DNA of 41,284 nt from an uncultured delta proteobacterium. Its GTDB lineage: Bacteria; Desulfobacterota; WTBG01; CAIYCZ01; CAIRTM01. A program made the translations under genes and the position numbers. The notes under the pieces were generated by a model. The model was not told where the DNA came from. It did no database searches and saw nothing but the letters and a program-made list of their open reading frames with translations. Shown here piece after piece: positions 21,647 to 30,946 of the stretch. The number at the start of each line of letters is the position of its first letter. Position 1 is the stretch's first letter. The stretch covers positions 1 through 41,284 of the forward strand of contig CAWDSQ010000028.1 of NCBI GenBank assembly GCA_963804955.1, given 5' to 3'.

Positions 21647-21733
21647 CCGTTCGTGGTGAGCGCGTCGAACCATGTGCTGCTTGCCTTTACGGCATTGAAC
21701 GTTAAAGCCCTTCGACAGGCTCAGGGCGAACGG
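21647..21733. repeat. REP-like inverted doublet (CCGTTCGTGGTGAGC...TCGAA / TTCGACAGGCTCAGGGCGAACGG)
   Basis: The two arms are imperfect reverse complements of each other, located downstream of the ABC operon. Confidence 0.75.
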
Positions 21734-21842
21734 ATAGGGTTGCCAAAATGAATTGTCACAGCCAATTAAAGCATTAATTTCATTATTTAATTATATGCAT
21801 CAGCTGAAAAATCCAATAACGGTTCAGAAGTTTATATGTAAA

Positions 21843-21859
21843 GTGTCGCCTGGCGACAC
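21843..21859. promoter_or_regulatory. Palindromic candidate upstream activator site
   Basis: GTGTCGC-CTG-GCGACAC, about 130 bp upstream of the candidate sigma-54 promoter. Confidence 0.45.
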
Positions 21860-21987
21860 ATCTGCAGCTTACATATGTGTAAACTATTACTCGACCGGAC
21901 TTGTCTTTTCTGACCATGCCGGCGATAGACCAATGTAACCTTCTAAAATAACTTATAAAAAAATTTAACCGTATTCACCACCACGTC

Positions 21988-22003
21988 TGGCACATAATTT
22001 GTA
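21988..22003 (+). promoter_or_regulatory. Candidate sigma-54 (-24/-12) promoter for the receiver and multicopper oxidase genes
   Basis: TGGCAC-ATAAT-TTGTA versus consensus TGGCAC-N5-TTGCW: correct spacing, with one mismatch at the -12 C. Confidence 0.55.
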
Positions 22004-22052
22004 ATGTTTGTTGTTGAAATACCAATTATTATGACTACACTTGGAAAGATCA

Positions 22053-22493
22053 ATGGATACGAACACCGGAAAATCACAGGTTCTTGTTGTTGATGATGAA
22101 AAAAGTTTACGGATAACTCTGAAAGAGTTTCTTGAGGATGAGGGTTTTTTGGTAACAACCGCAGACGGCTTTGCAGAGGCAATGAAGGTTCTAAAGGCTT
22201 GCGACTTTGACGTGGCTGTTATTGACCGGGTACTTTCAAACGGCCATAGTGGCCTTGATATTATAAAGCATCTGTATACTGAAAACCCCTTCTGTCAGAC
22301 AATACTCGTAACGGCATACCCTACAATTGAATCAGCTCAGTTTTGTCTGAAGTATGGTACTTCGGACTGTTTTGTGAAGCCTGTTGCGCAGGATGACATT
22401 TGCACGGCCGTTAAGGCAGCATCACATGCAAGCCTGCAGAAACGACGCGAAAAAGCAGTTTTCTCAAACAAAATCTACAAAACCGCTAATTGA
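22053..22493 (+). CDS. Stand-alone receiver-domain response regulator
   Basis: VLVVDDE, phospho-acceptor Asp in AVIDRVL, ILVTAYP and FVKP. Confidence 0.88.
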   Translation: MDTNTGKSQVLVVDDEKSLRITLKEFLEDEGFLVTTADGFAEAMKVLKACDFDVAVIDRVLSNGHSGLDIIKHLYTENPFCQTILVTAYPTIESAQFCLKYGTSDCFVKPVAQDDICTAVKAASHASLQKRREKAVFSNKIYKTAN

Positions 22494-22506
22494 TAGGAGG
22501 AATAAC

Positions 22507-25500
22507 ATGTCAACAATAAAACTCAGGCAATGGCTTTCTCTGTTTCTGCTATTGTCCATAGCCATCCCGTGTGCCGGCTATGCGCAGAGCGCAGCGGATG
22601 CAAAACAAGTCGTGCAGACGCCGTTGCGCGACCGCAATGCCATCATCGAAACACGGCAAAGGAAAATCACGCAGGAGCAGAGAGAGGCCGCGGCTGATCG
22701 TCTTGCGGCAGCACGTGAAGCCTTTGCTGACAGCCAGCAGGATGCACCCAACATTCCTGTTCCGCCGGCGCCCTACGATGTTCCGGACTATTTCGGGGTG
22801 GCCAACTGGGCCAACAGCCCGCCGCTGAGAAAATTCATAGACCCGCTGCCGTCGCTGCCCCTTGCAGTTGCCGATACGATAACCTACCCCGGTTCCGATT
22901 ATTATGAAATTTCACTGCGGCAGTATACGCAGCAGCTGCATGCCGACCTGCCGCCGACTACTCTGCGCGGGTACGTGCAAACAAACAATGGCACTAACGG
23001 CTCGGGCCAGAACGTCATAAATCCGCCGCCGATCCAGTATCTTGGGCCTCTGATCATTGCCCAGAAAAACAGGCCGGTGCGCATCAAGTTCACCAATGAG
23101 CTTGCCACCGGCACGGATGGCAACCTTTTTATCCCTGTTGACACCACGACCATGGGGGCGGGTGCAGGCCCTGACGGCAACCCCTATCCGCAAAACCGGG
23201 CGGTACTTCACCTCCATGGCGGCAAAACTCCGTGGATCAGCGACGGCACGCCCCATCAGTGGATTACCCCCGCAGGAGAGCCGAGCTCGAATAACAGAGG
23301 CGTCAGTGCGGAAAATGTACCCGACATGCCCGATCCCGGCCCGGGATCCATGACGTATTATTACAGCAATCAGCAGAGCGCCCGCCTGTTGTGGATTCAT
23401 GACCATGCCTGGGGCATCACGCGCCTGAACGTCTATGTCGGCGAGGCCATGGGATATCTCCTCAAGGACCAGGCGGAACAGGACCTGGTCACGCAGGGCA
23501 TCATACCTGCTGATCAAATTCCTCTGATCATTCAGGATAAATCATTCGTAGAAGCGGCAACAGTGCGCACGACAGATCCCACGTGGAACTGGGGCACAGG
23601 AACGCTCAGCGGCGGCGTTCGTCCACCGGTACAGGGCGATCTCTGGTACCCGCATGTCTATGTGCCGGCCCAGAACCCCTTTGACATGTCAGGAGTAAAC
23701 CCCTGGGGCCGGTGGCCCTATGGCCCCTGGTTCTGGCCTCCCACGATAGTACCGAATATGCCGATTCCGAACCCCTATGCCGACCAGCCCGGTCAGCCGC
23801 CCGAAATACCCGGAACGCCCCATCCGTCGGCGCCGGGTGAATCCTTCATGGACACCGCCATGGTCAATGGCGCGGCCTTCCCAACCCACACGGTGGACGC
23901 CAAACCGTATCGGCTGCGCATACTCAATGCCGCCAATGACCGGTTTTTTAACCTCCAGTGGTATCTGGCAGACGATAATGTGACCAGCTCCGACGGCAGG
24001 CTGCAAACCGAAGTAAAAATGGTGCCTGCGGTCACGACTGCGGGCTTCCCTGAGCTGTGGCCCACAGACAACCGTGACGGCGGCGTGCCCGATCCGGCAA
24101 CAATGGGGCCGAGCTGGATAATGATCGGAACCGAAGGCGGTTTTCTGCCTCAGCCGGTCGTGGTGCCCAATCAGCCGATAACCTGGAACAATGACCCGAC
24201 AACGTTCAATGCCGGAAATGTGCAGGACCACTCTCTGCTGCTGGGGCCTGCAGAGCGCGCTGATGTGATTGTTGACTTTTCTGCCTTTGCCGGCAAAACC
24301 CTGATTCTTTACAACGATGCTCCGGCGGCATTCCCGGCGCTCGACGCGCGCTATGACTACTATACCGGCGCTCCTGACATGACCGACACGGGCGGCCATT
24401 CCGGGCCGCAGGCGGGCTTCGGGCCCAACATACGGACCGTCATGCAGATCAAAGTGAATGCAGGCGGCGGTCAGCCGTTCAACCTGACGGCGCTGCAGAA
24501 CGCTTTCATTACGACCGGCACTGCAGACGGTGTTTTTAAAAGGTCGCAGGACCCGATCATCGTAGGCCAGACTGCCTACAATACGACCTACAACAAAACC
24601 TTCCCGACCACGTTCCCCAACTGGGGTATTTCACGGATTCAGGACACCTCCCTGAGCTTCCGGACGGTCAATGACACGATTCTCACCATACCGATGAAGC
24701 CCAAGGCCATTCAGGACGAGATGGGCGAGGCCTTCGACGAATACGGTCGGCTGAACAGCAAGCTCGGGCTCGAAATGGCGTTTACGACCGCGGGAACCCA
24801 GACATTTGTTCTCCAGAACTTTGTCGACCCTGCCACCGAGATAATCGATGACTGCGTCGCTACCGGCGTTGTCACTGCCGGCGACGGGACACAGGTCTGG
24901 AAGATAACGCATAACGGTGTTGACACCCATCCCGTACACTTCCACCTCTATGATGTGCAGGTGATCAACCGGGTCGGCTGGGATGGCGCCATCAGGCTTC
25001 CGCATCCCACGGAACTGGGCTGGAAGGAGACCGTACGGGTAAGTCCGCTTGAGGATACGATCGTTGCTCTCCGGGCCGTGTCGCCCAAGCAGCCTTTCGG
25101 CATACCCGACAGCATTCGCCCCTATAATCCGCAGGAGCCCATCGGTTCAACCATTGGCTTTACCAATATTGACCCGTTTACGGGGCAGCCGCGCACGACG
25201 CCGGTGGTTAATGTGGACACCAACTTCGGCTGGGAGTATGTGTTTCACTGCCATATCCTGAGCCATGAGGAAATGGACATGATGCGCCCGGTTGTTTTCA
25301 ACGTGGCGCGCACACTTCCGATCGCCCCTAACATGGGCGCCAGGGTCGTCGGAACAGACGTTGTACTTTCCTGGACTGATGCAACACCTCCGGTGCCGAC
25401 CTATGGCAATCCCGGCTCTTTCTGGGGCAGCCCGAGAGGCGAGATCGGCTTCCAGATTCAGAGAGCTACCGGCAGCGGCGCTTTTGCGAACATAGCAACG

Positions 25501-25944
25501 CCCCTTGCAAACGCGACAACCTATACCGACACAGGGGCCGGGAATGGAACCACCTACCGGTATCGCATGCTGGCTTTTAATGCTGCCGGAAATTCTCCTC
25601 TGTCGAGGATAGTAACTATAGGCCCGCCGCCGCCGCCGACAGGGCCGGCAGCGCCGACCAATTTATTGTTTGTAAGTTCGGCCAGACGCTCTATCACCAT
25701 GTCCTGGACCGACAATGCCGCCAATGAGACGGGCTTCCAGGTTGAAAGAAGCACCGCTGGCGCCACTGGCCCGTGGACCCGTGTGGCAACAGTTGCGCCC
25801 AAAACGGCAGCAGCGCCGTCAACAGTAACATTCTCTAACACTTTTTTAACGCCCAATACGCCCTATTGGTATCGGGTGAGGGCAATTAATGCTTCCGGTA
25901 ACTCTGCATACACCAATGTGATTACAGGCACGACCCTGCCGTAA
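22507..25944 (+). CDS. Secreted multicopper oxidase with two C-terminal fibronectin type III domains (MofA/OmpB-like), 1145 aa
   Basis: AGGAGG RBS and signal peptide. All four copper motifs: LHLHGG, WIHDHAWG, HPVHFHL and HCHILSHEEMDMM. FN3 signatures LSWTD...YRYRMLAFN and MSWTDN...YWYRVRAIN. Confidence 0.95.
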   Translation: MSTIKLRQWLSLFLLLSIAIPCAGYAQSAADAKQVVQTPLRDRNAIIETRQRKITQEQREAAADRLAAAREAFADSQQDAPNIPVPPAPYDVPDYFGVANWANSPPLRKFIDPLPSLPLAVADTITYPGSDYYEISLRQYTQQLHADLPPTTLRGYVQTNNGTNGSGQNVINPPPIQYLGPLIIAQKNRPVRIKFTNELATGTDGNLFIPVDTTTMGAGAGPDGNPYPQNRAVLHLHGGKTPWISDGTPHQWITPAGEPSSNNRGVSAENVPDMPDPGPGSMTYYYSNQQSARLLWIHDHAWGITRLNVYVGEAMGYLLKDQAEQDLVTQGIIPADQIPLIIQDKSFVEAATVRTTDPTWNWGTGTLSGGVRPPVQGDLWYPHVYVPAQNPFDMSGVNPWGRWPYGPWFWPPTIVPNMPIPNPYADQPGQPPEIPGTPHPSAPGESFMDTAMVNGAAFPTHTVDAKPYRLRILNAANDRFFNLQWYLADDNVTSSDGRLQTEVKMVPAVTTAGFPELWPTDNRDGGVPDPATMGPSWIMIGTEGGFLPQPVVVPNQPITWNNDPTTFNAGNVQDHSLLLGPAERADVIVDFSAFAGKTLILYNDAPAAFPALDARYDYYTGAPDMTDTGGHSGPQAGFGPNIRTVMQIKVNAGGGQPFNLTALQNAFITTGTADGVFKRSQDPIIVGQTAYNTTYNKTFPTTFPNWGISRIQDTSLSFRTVNDTILTIPMKPKAIQDEMGEAFDEYGRLNSKLGLEMAFTTAGTQTFVLQNFVDPATEIIDDCVATGVVTAGDGTQVWKITHNGVDTHPVHFHLYDVQVINRVGWDGAIRLPHPTELGWKETVRVSPLEDTIVALRAVSPKQPFGIPDSIRPYNPQEPIGSTIGFTNIDPFTGQPRTTPVVNVDTNFGWEYVFHCHILSHEEMDMMRPVVFNVARTLPIAPNMGARVVGTDVVLSWTDATPPVPTYGNPGSFWGSPRGEIGFQIQRATGSGAFANIATPLANATTYTDTGAGNGTTYRYRMLAFNAAGNSPLSRIVTIGPPPPPTGPAAPTNLLFVSSARRSITMSWTDNAANETGFQVERSTAGATGPWTRVATVAPKTAAAPSTVTFSNTFLTPNTPYWYRVRAINASGNSAYTNVITGTTLP

Positions 25945-25960
25945 CTTGAATCCGTTTTGT

Positions 25961-25995
25961 TTCAGGAGAGGGAAAAATCCCTCTCCTGAATTTTT
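25961..25995 (+). terminator. Intrinsic terminator
   Basis: TTCAGGAGAGGGA-AAAA-TCCCTCTCCTGAA (13-bp stem) followed by TTTTT. Confidence 0.85.
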
Positions 25996-26119
25996 GAATA
26001 AATTTGCAAAACGTGCTTTTAAAACCTATACTCGTGTACAGATGGAAACAACTGCTCATCGGCCTTACATCTTACAGAATCGATAAAAAAAATTCATGCA
26101 TACATAAGCGAGGAGACCC

Positions 26120-27474
26120 ATGAAAAGAGACAACTTGAACAAAAAAAAACGAGGGGTCCGGCAACCGGGGGGGCGTGAGGCTCAACTGCTTGCTTACTGC
26201 GCCATGGCAGGCGGCGCTCTGATGGCGGCCCAGCCTGCAGATGCCGCTATAGTGTACAGCGGGGTGCAGAATTTGCCGGTTGCAGGCGGCAATACTGTTC
26301 TTGTTGATCTTGACGGTGATACGGTAAACGATTTCCAGTTCAGGAACGCTTCTCTTTCTTCGACTTTTATTTATAATTCAGTGAAGCCCTTAGTCAACAA
26401 TGCTCTTGGGCAAGCCAACACTCTTTGATTTGCCGTTAAGCCTGGCAGTAAATGCTTCGCTTAGCTGGAGAACTCAAGGCTATTTTACCCAACCCCCCAA
26501 TGGGCTTGTTTTAAATCTTGCATCTGCAACTCTAACAGACGGGTTTTTCTACAATGGCACCGGCAATGGCACTGGTTATTTGGGCGTTCGATTCCTAATT
26601 GATACCAATACGCACTACGGATGGATACGCTATGACGGCACAGCCAGTATAACAGGCCCCGTTGCAACAGGTCTTATTGTGGATTGGGCTTATGAAAGCA
26701 CGCCTGACGCATCTATTCTGGTAGGGGAAGCCCCACCCCCAACGACGACAACAACTATAACAACAACGACGACTATTCCTCAACGACTATACCAACGACA
26801 ACGACTATACCAACGACTACGACTATACCAACGACTACGACTATTCCAACGACTACGACTATTCCGACGACTACGACTATCCCAACGACTACGACTATCC
26901 CAACGACTACGACTATTCCAACGACTACGACTATTCCAACGACTACGACTATTCCGACGACTACGACTATTCCAACGTACGACTATTCCAACGACACGAC
27001 TATTCCTATAACGACAACTATTCCTATAACGACAACTATTCCAATAACGACAACCATTCCAATAACGACAACCATTACTCCAACAACAACGACAACTATT
27101 GCTCCAACAACAACGACTGTTGCACCAACAACAACGACAACATTGCACCAACAACAACGACCGTTGCACCAACAACAACCACAAGCATTTCGCCTTGCAG
27201 CCTGACTGTAAGACCGGCTCAAATCAGCAAACTGGCCAGCTTTGTGGCCCCCATACGACGCATTGTTATAAGCAGCCAGACGGATGCAGCGCTTCCCGAT
27301 AATCCCGATATCAACTGGGGAACCGATGCAATTCAAACGCTGTGGGCAAGGACGAGGAATAATAACACTATAGTTGCCTGGGTGCTTGTACGGCCTATGC
27401 AGCTGACCAATGATGAAACCTATGACGTAACTATTGGAGGCTGCGCCGGTGAGCTTATAATCCGGCCGTTTTAA
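26120..27474 (+). CDS. Secreted protein, paralog 1: beta-rich N-domain, Thr/Pro-rich repeat linker, ~93-aa C-terminal domain (several indels)
   Basis: Joined from ORFs 26120..26428, 26400..27011 and the frame ending at 27474. Signal ending ADA-AIVYSG, THYGWIRY, IVDWAYES, PTTTTI repeats, CSLTVRPAQISKLASF...GGCAGELIIRPF*. Confidence 0.8.
26740..27185 (+). repeat. Coding tandem repeat, mainly 18-bp unit CCAACGACTACGACTATT (PTTTTI)
   Basis: About ten near-perfect 18-bp units at ~26792-26971, with degenerate Thr-rich units on either side. Confidence 0.9.
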
Positions 27475-27662
27475 GAGGAGTTTAGTAATAACAGTGCAGC
27501 ACAAACCGGCGACAGAGTCTTAATCTGTTACCTTTATTAAGGTGTTCTAACCGGGTAACACAACCTGCTGGCGCCGGGCGCGGGCATTAAACTCCGCGGA
27601 CGTATCCGCACGCAGCACTGTGCGGCTTAGTCAACCAAGAAATTAAACGACCCTGCCATTCA

Positions 27663-27700
27663 GGACAAAGTGGAGAAGATGCTTTCTCCACTTTGCCCTT
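27663..27700 (+). terminator. Hairpin, probable terminator between the two paralogs
   Basis: CAAAGTGGAGAA-GATGCT-TTCTCCACTTTG, a 12-bp stem with a weak U tract. Confidence 0.55.
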
Positions 27701-27917
27701 AATAGGTTTTATAAATGCGAGATTTGAATGCTCATACAGGTAGCCATGGTGGATTGGTTGCTCTGTTTGGCCAGTCGATTTACGGTTAAAAGGAAAGTTT
27801 TTGGCCACAGAAATCGCGTCTGTTTATCCAGGGGATCCGCTAACAGCCTTTTACAGGGTTAGATATAGAAGCTGAAACCGATCCACTCATGTATTCTTTT
27901 ATAGGGGGAGCCTACCA

Positions 27918-29557
27918 ATGAAAAAAGGGAAAATGAACAAAATAAAACGGGGGGCACAGCAACCGGAAGGGCGTGAGGCTCAACTGCTTGCTTACTGCGC
28001 CATGGCAAGCGGCGCTCTGATGGCGGCCCAGCCTGCAGATGCCGCTATAGTGTATAGCGGGGTGCAGAATTTGCCGGTTGCAGGCGGCAATACTGTTCTT
28101 GTTGATCTTGACGGTGATACGATAAACGATTTCCAGTTCAGGAACGCTTCTCTTTCTTCGACTTTTATTTATAATTCACTGAAACCCTTACTCAACAATG
28201 CTCTTGGGCAAACTAATATCTTTGATTTACCGTTAAGCCTGGCAGTAAACGCTTCGCTTAGCTGGAGAACTCAAGGCTATTTCACCCAACCCCCCAATGG
28301 GCTTATTTTAAATCTTGTATCTGGAACTGTAACAAACGGATTTTTCTACAATGGCACCGGCAATGGCACTGGTTATTTGGGCGTTCGATTCCTAATTGGT
28401 ACCAATACGCACTACGGATGGATACGCTATGACGGCACAACCAGTATAACAGGCCCCGTTGCAACAGGTCTTATTGTGGATTGGGCTTATGAAAGCACGC
28501 CTGACGCATCTATTCTGGTAGGGGAAGCCCCACCCCCAACAACGACAACAACTGTTCCAACGACGACGACTATTCCTACAACAACTATTCCGACGACAAC
28601 TATTCCTACAACGACGACTATTCCTACAACAACTATTCCTACAACGACTATACTACGACGACGACTATACCGACAACAACGACTGTTCCAACAACGACTA
28701 TTCCAACGACGACGACTGTTCCTACAACAACTATTCCAACGACGACGACTATACCTACAACGACGACTGTTCCTACAACAACTATTCCGACGACGACTAT
28801 ACCTACAACGACGACTATACCTACAACGACGACTGTTCCTACAACAACTATTCCAACGACGACGACTATACCTACAACGACGACTGTTCCTACAACAACT
28901 ATTCCAACGACGACGACTATACCTACAACAACGACTGTTCCTACAACGACGACTATACCCAACGACTGTTCTACAACAACTATTCAACGACGACGTTACC
29001 TACAACAACGACTATTCCTACAACAACTATTCCAACGACGACTACTATACCTACAACGACGACTATTCCTACAACTACGACTATTCCGACACGACTAGTT
29101 CGACAACAACGAGTATTCAACCCGTAACAACAACGATTATTCCAACAACAACGATTCCTACAACTACGACTGTCCCAACAACGACGACTATTTTAACGAC
29201 TACGACTGTTCCAACGACTACGACAACTATTGCTCCAACAACAACGACCGTTGCACCAACAACAACCACAAGCATTGCGCCGCTTGCAGCCTGACTGTAA
29301 GACCGGCTCAAATCAGCAAACTGGCCAGCTTTATGGCCCCCATACGACGCATTGTTATAAGCAGCCAGACGGGTGCAGCGCTTCCCGATAATCCCGATAT
29401 CAACTGGGGAACCGATGCAATTCAAACGCTGTGGGCAAGGACGAGGAATAATAACACTATAGTTGCCTGGGTGCTTGTACGGCCTATGCAGCTGACCAAT
29501 GATGAAACCTATGACGTAACTGTTGGAGACTGCACAGGTAAACTTATAACCAGATAG
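27918..29557 (+). CDS. Secreted protein, paralog 2: same architecture with a longer Thr-rich linker (several indels)
   Basis: N-domain and C-domain are near-identical to paralog 1. Ends ...YDVTVGDCTGKLITR* at 29557. Confidence 0.8.
28537..29272 (+). repeat. Coding tandem repeat of mixed 15- and 18-bp units (PTTTI, PTTTTI, PTTTTV)
   Basis: Recurring CCTACAACAACTATT, CCAACGACGACGACTATA and CCTACAACGACGACTGTT units. Confidence 0.9.
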
Positions 29558-29625
29558 TTTAAGCCATCCGCAGGTCCGGCAGCCTATAGAAATTTCCGGC
29601 AGGACAAAAGCAGCAACAGGTTGAG

Positions 29626-29663
29626 CATCGGGGAGAAAGAAATTTTTCCCCGATGTTTTTTTT
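29626..29663 (+). terminator. Intrinsic terminator
   Basis: CATCGGGGAGAAA...TTTTTCCCCGATG stem followed by T8. Confidence 0.8.
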
Positions 29664-29752
29664 GCAACCTTTCAAAAAAAACTGCGGGGCGAACTGCACC
29701 GCAGTTGATGATCTAAAAAGCCGGTAGTAAGTAATGAACGAATGAACCCTCA

Positions 29753-30788
29753 TTATTCTTCATGCGCCGCAGCAGTCCAAATGCGCTTCAGGGGCAGTTC
29801 GGCTTTCACGTCCGCATCAAGATCCGTCGTATGTGGCAAAAAGCTCCTCCAGCAGTTCTTTTTGCGACCAGAGCCGCAGCTGAAAGAAAATGGCCTTCAG
29901 CTCTTTCTCCACAGCGCTGCTAAAGCCGCGCCATGATACGAACAGCCCTTCCTGTGCTCCGTACTTCGTGGCCGCATCAAGCAGCCTGTCAACGGCCGGC
30001 CGGTCGACAGGAGCTATCGTCACATTTTACTGTCACGCACAGGCGCGGCGCAGCGAAACCGAGGGGGCCGGTCGCGGCAAGAATATCGACATCGCCGTCT
30101 GCAGTTATCCGAACACAGGCAGGTCGTGTAGCCCCGGGCTCTAAGAATCGCATCCACCAGCCGCGTCAATCCCCGACCGGCAAAGCGTGCCGCGATGAGC
30201 CGGGCGGTCTGGTCACAGGCCAGGGCTTCAAGGTCAAGGCTCTCGCATGTTTCATCGCCGGGGCTGTCGACTGAGCAGACGGCTGCAGAGAGCGCCTCTG
30301 GCTTCCAGTCAGTTGCCCTCATGGCGGCAAGCCGCTCCCCGGCATTGTTGCGATGCACGCGGCAAATAGTACGGGATGAGGCAAACGCCACAAGCAGATC
30401 CCGGCCGAAATACGAGCGCGGAACAGCCTCGGCAATCCACGAAACAGATCGCCAGTGATAAAAGGGGTCCCTGGGCCGCATGTTCGAACCGGTAAGGGCC
30501 GGTCACTTCACCGATAGTGATGGCCGGTTTCGACCTCAGCGGCATCAGGACGAGATCGCCCTTTTTCATATCATGAGCAAAGGGCCACACCTGGCTCACA
30601 TCACTCATGCGCTTTGCCTGACTCGCGCCGGGGTATGTCTGGCTCATGGCCTGGTAGAGGCCGTCGCGGTCCGGCAGCACATCAAGGTTGACGCTGAGCC
30701 GTGGCCATGTCACATAGACTCGTTTTTCCTCTAGAAACTTCTGCTCGTATTCGCCGTGTAAACCGGCGCGGATCAGCCAGATCGCCAT
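29753..30788 (-). CDS. Mrr-like restriction endonuclease (multiple frameshifts, possibly degenerate)
   Basis: MAIWLIRAG.HGEYEQKF...MKKGDLVLMP...IGEV.GPY N-domain. Reconstructed C-domain LVDAILRARGYTT...ADGDVDILA..GPLGF..PRLCVTVK...GLFVSWRGF...LPLKRIW. Confidence 0.78.
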
Positions 30789-30946
30789 ACTATACTCCCC
30801 TGTTGTTAAACACACGGCCAGCGGATTGAATCGCATTCATACCATGCTGAACGCGCGCTGTGCCCGCCGGCAGTCCGGGAGGCGCCTGCAGCATGGCACA
30901 TCAGCAATACAGTGCTGCTCGCATTATAGCATTCAATTACAAGAGC

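Noticed and set aside
27800..27822. Sigma-54 promoter before paralog 2 (TGGCCACAGAAATCGC)
   Set aside because: GG-to-GC spacing is off by one and the -12 element is poor.
26780..28987. Arg/Gln/Leu-rich, Asn/Asp/Tyr-rich and Val/Gly-rich repeat peptides in the ORF track (QRLRLF, NNDYSY, GIVVVV)
   Set aside because: These are alternative-frame and antisense readings of the PTTTTI repeat caused by indels.
26740..29272. Regular short repeats resembling a CRISPR array
   Set aside because: Units are contiguous 15/18-bp multiples of three encoding Thr/Pro linkers. There are no unique spacers and no cas genes.
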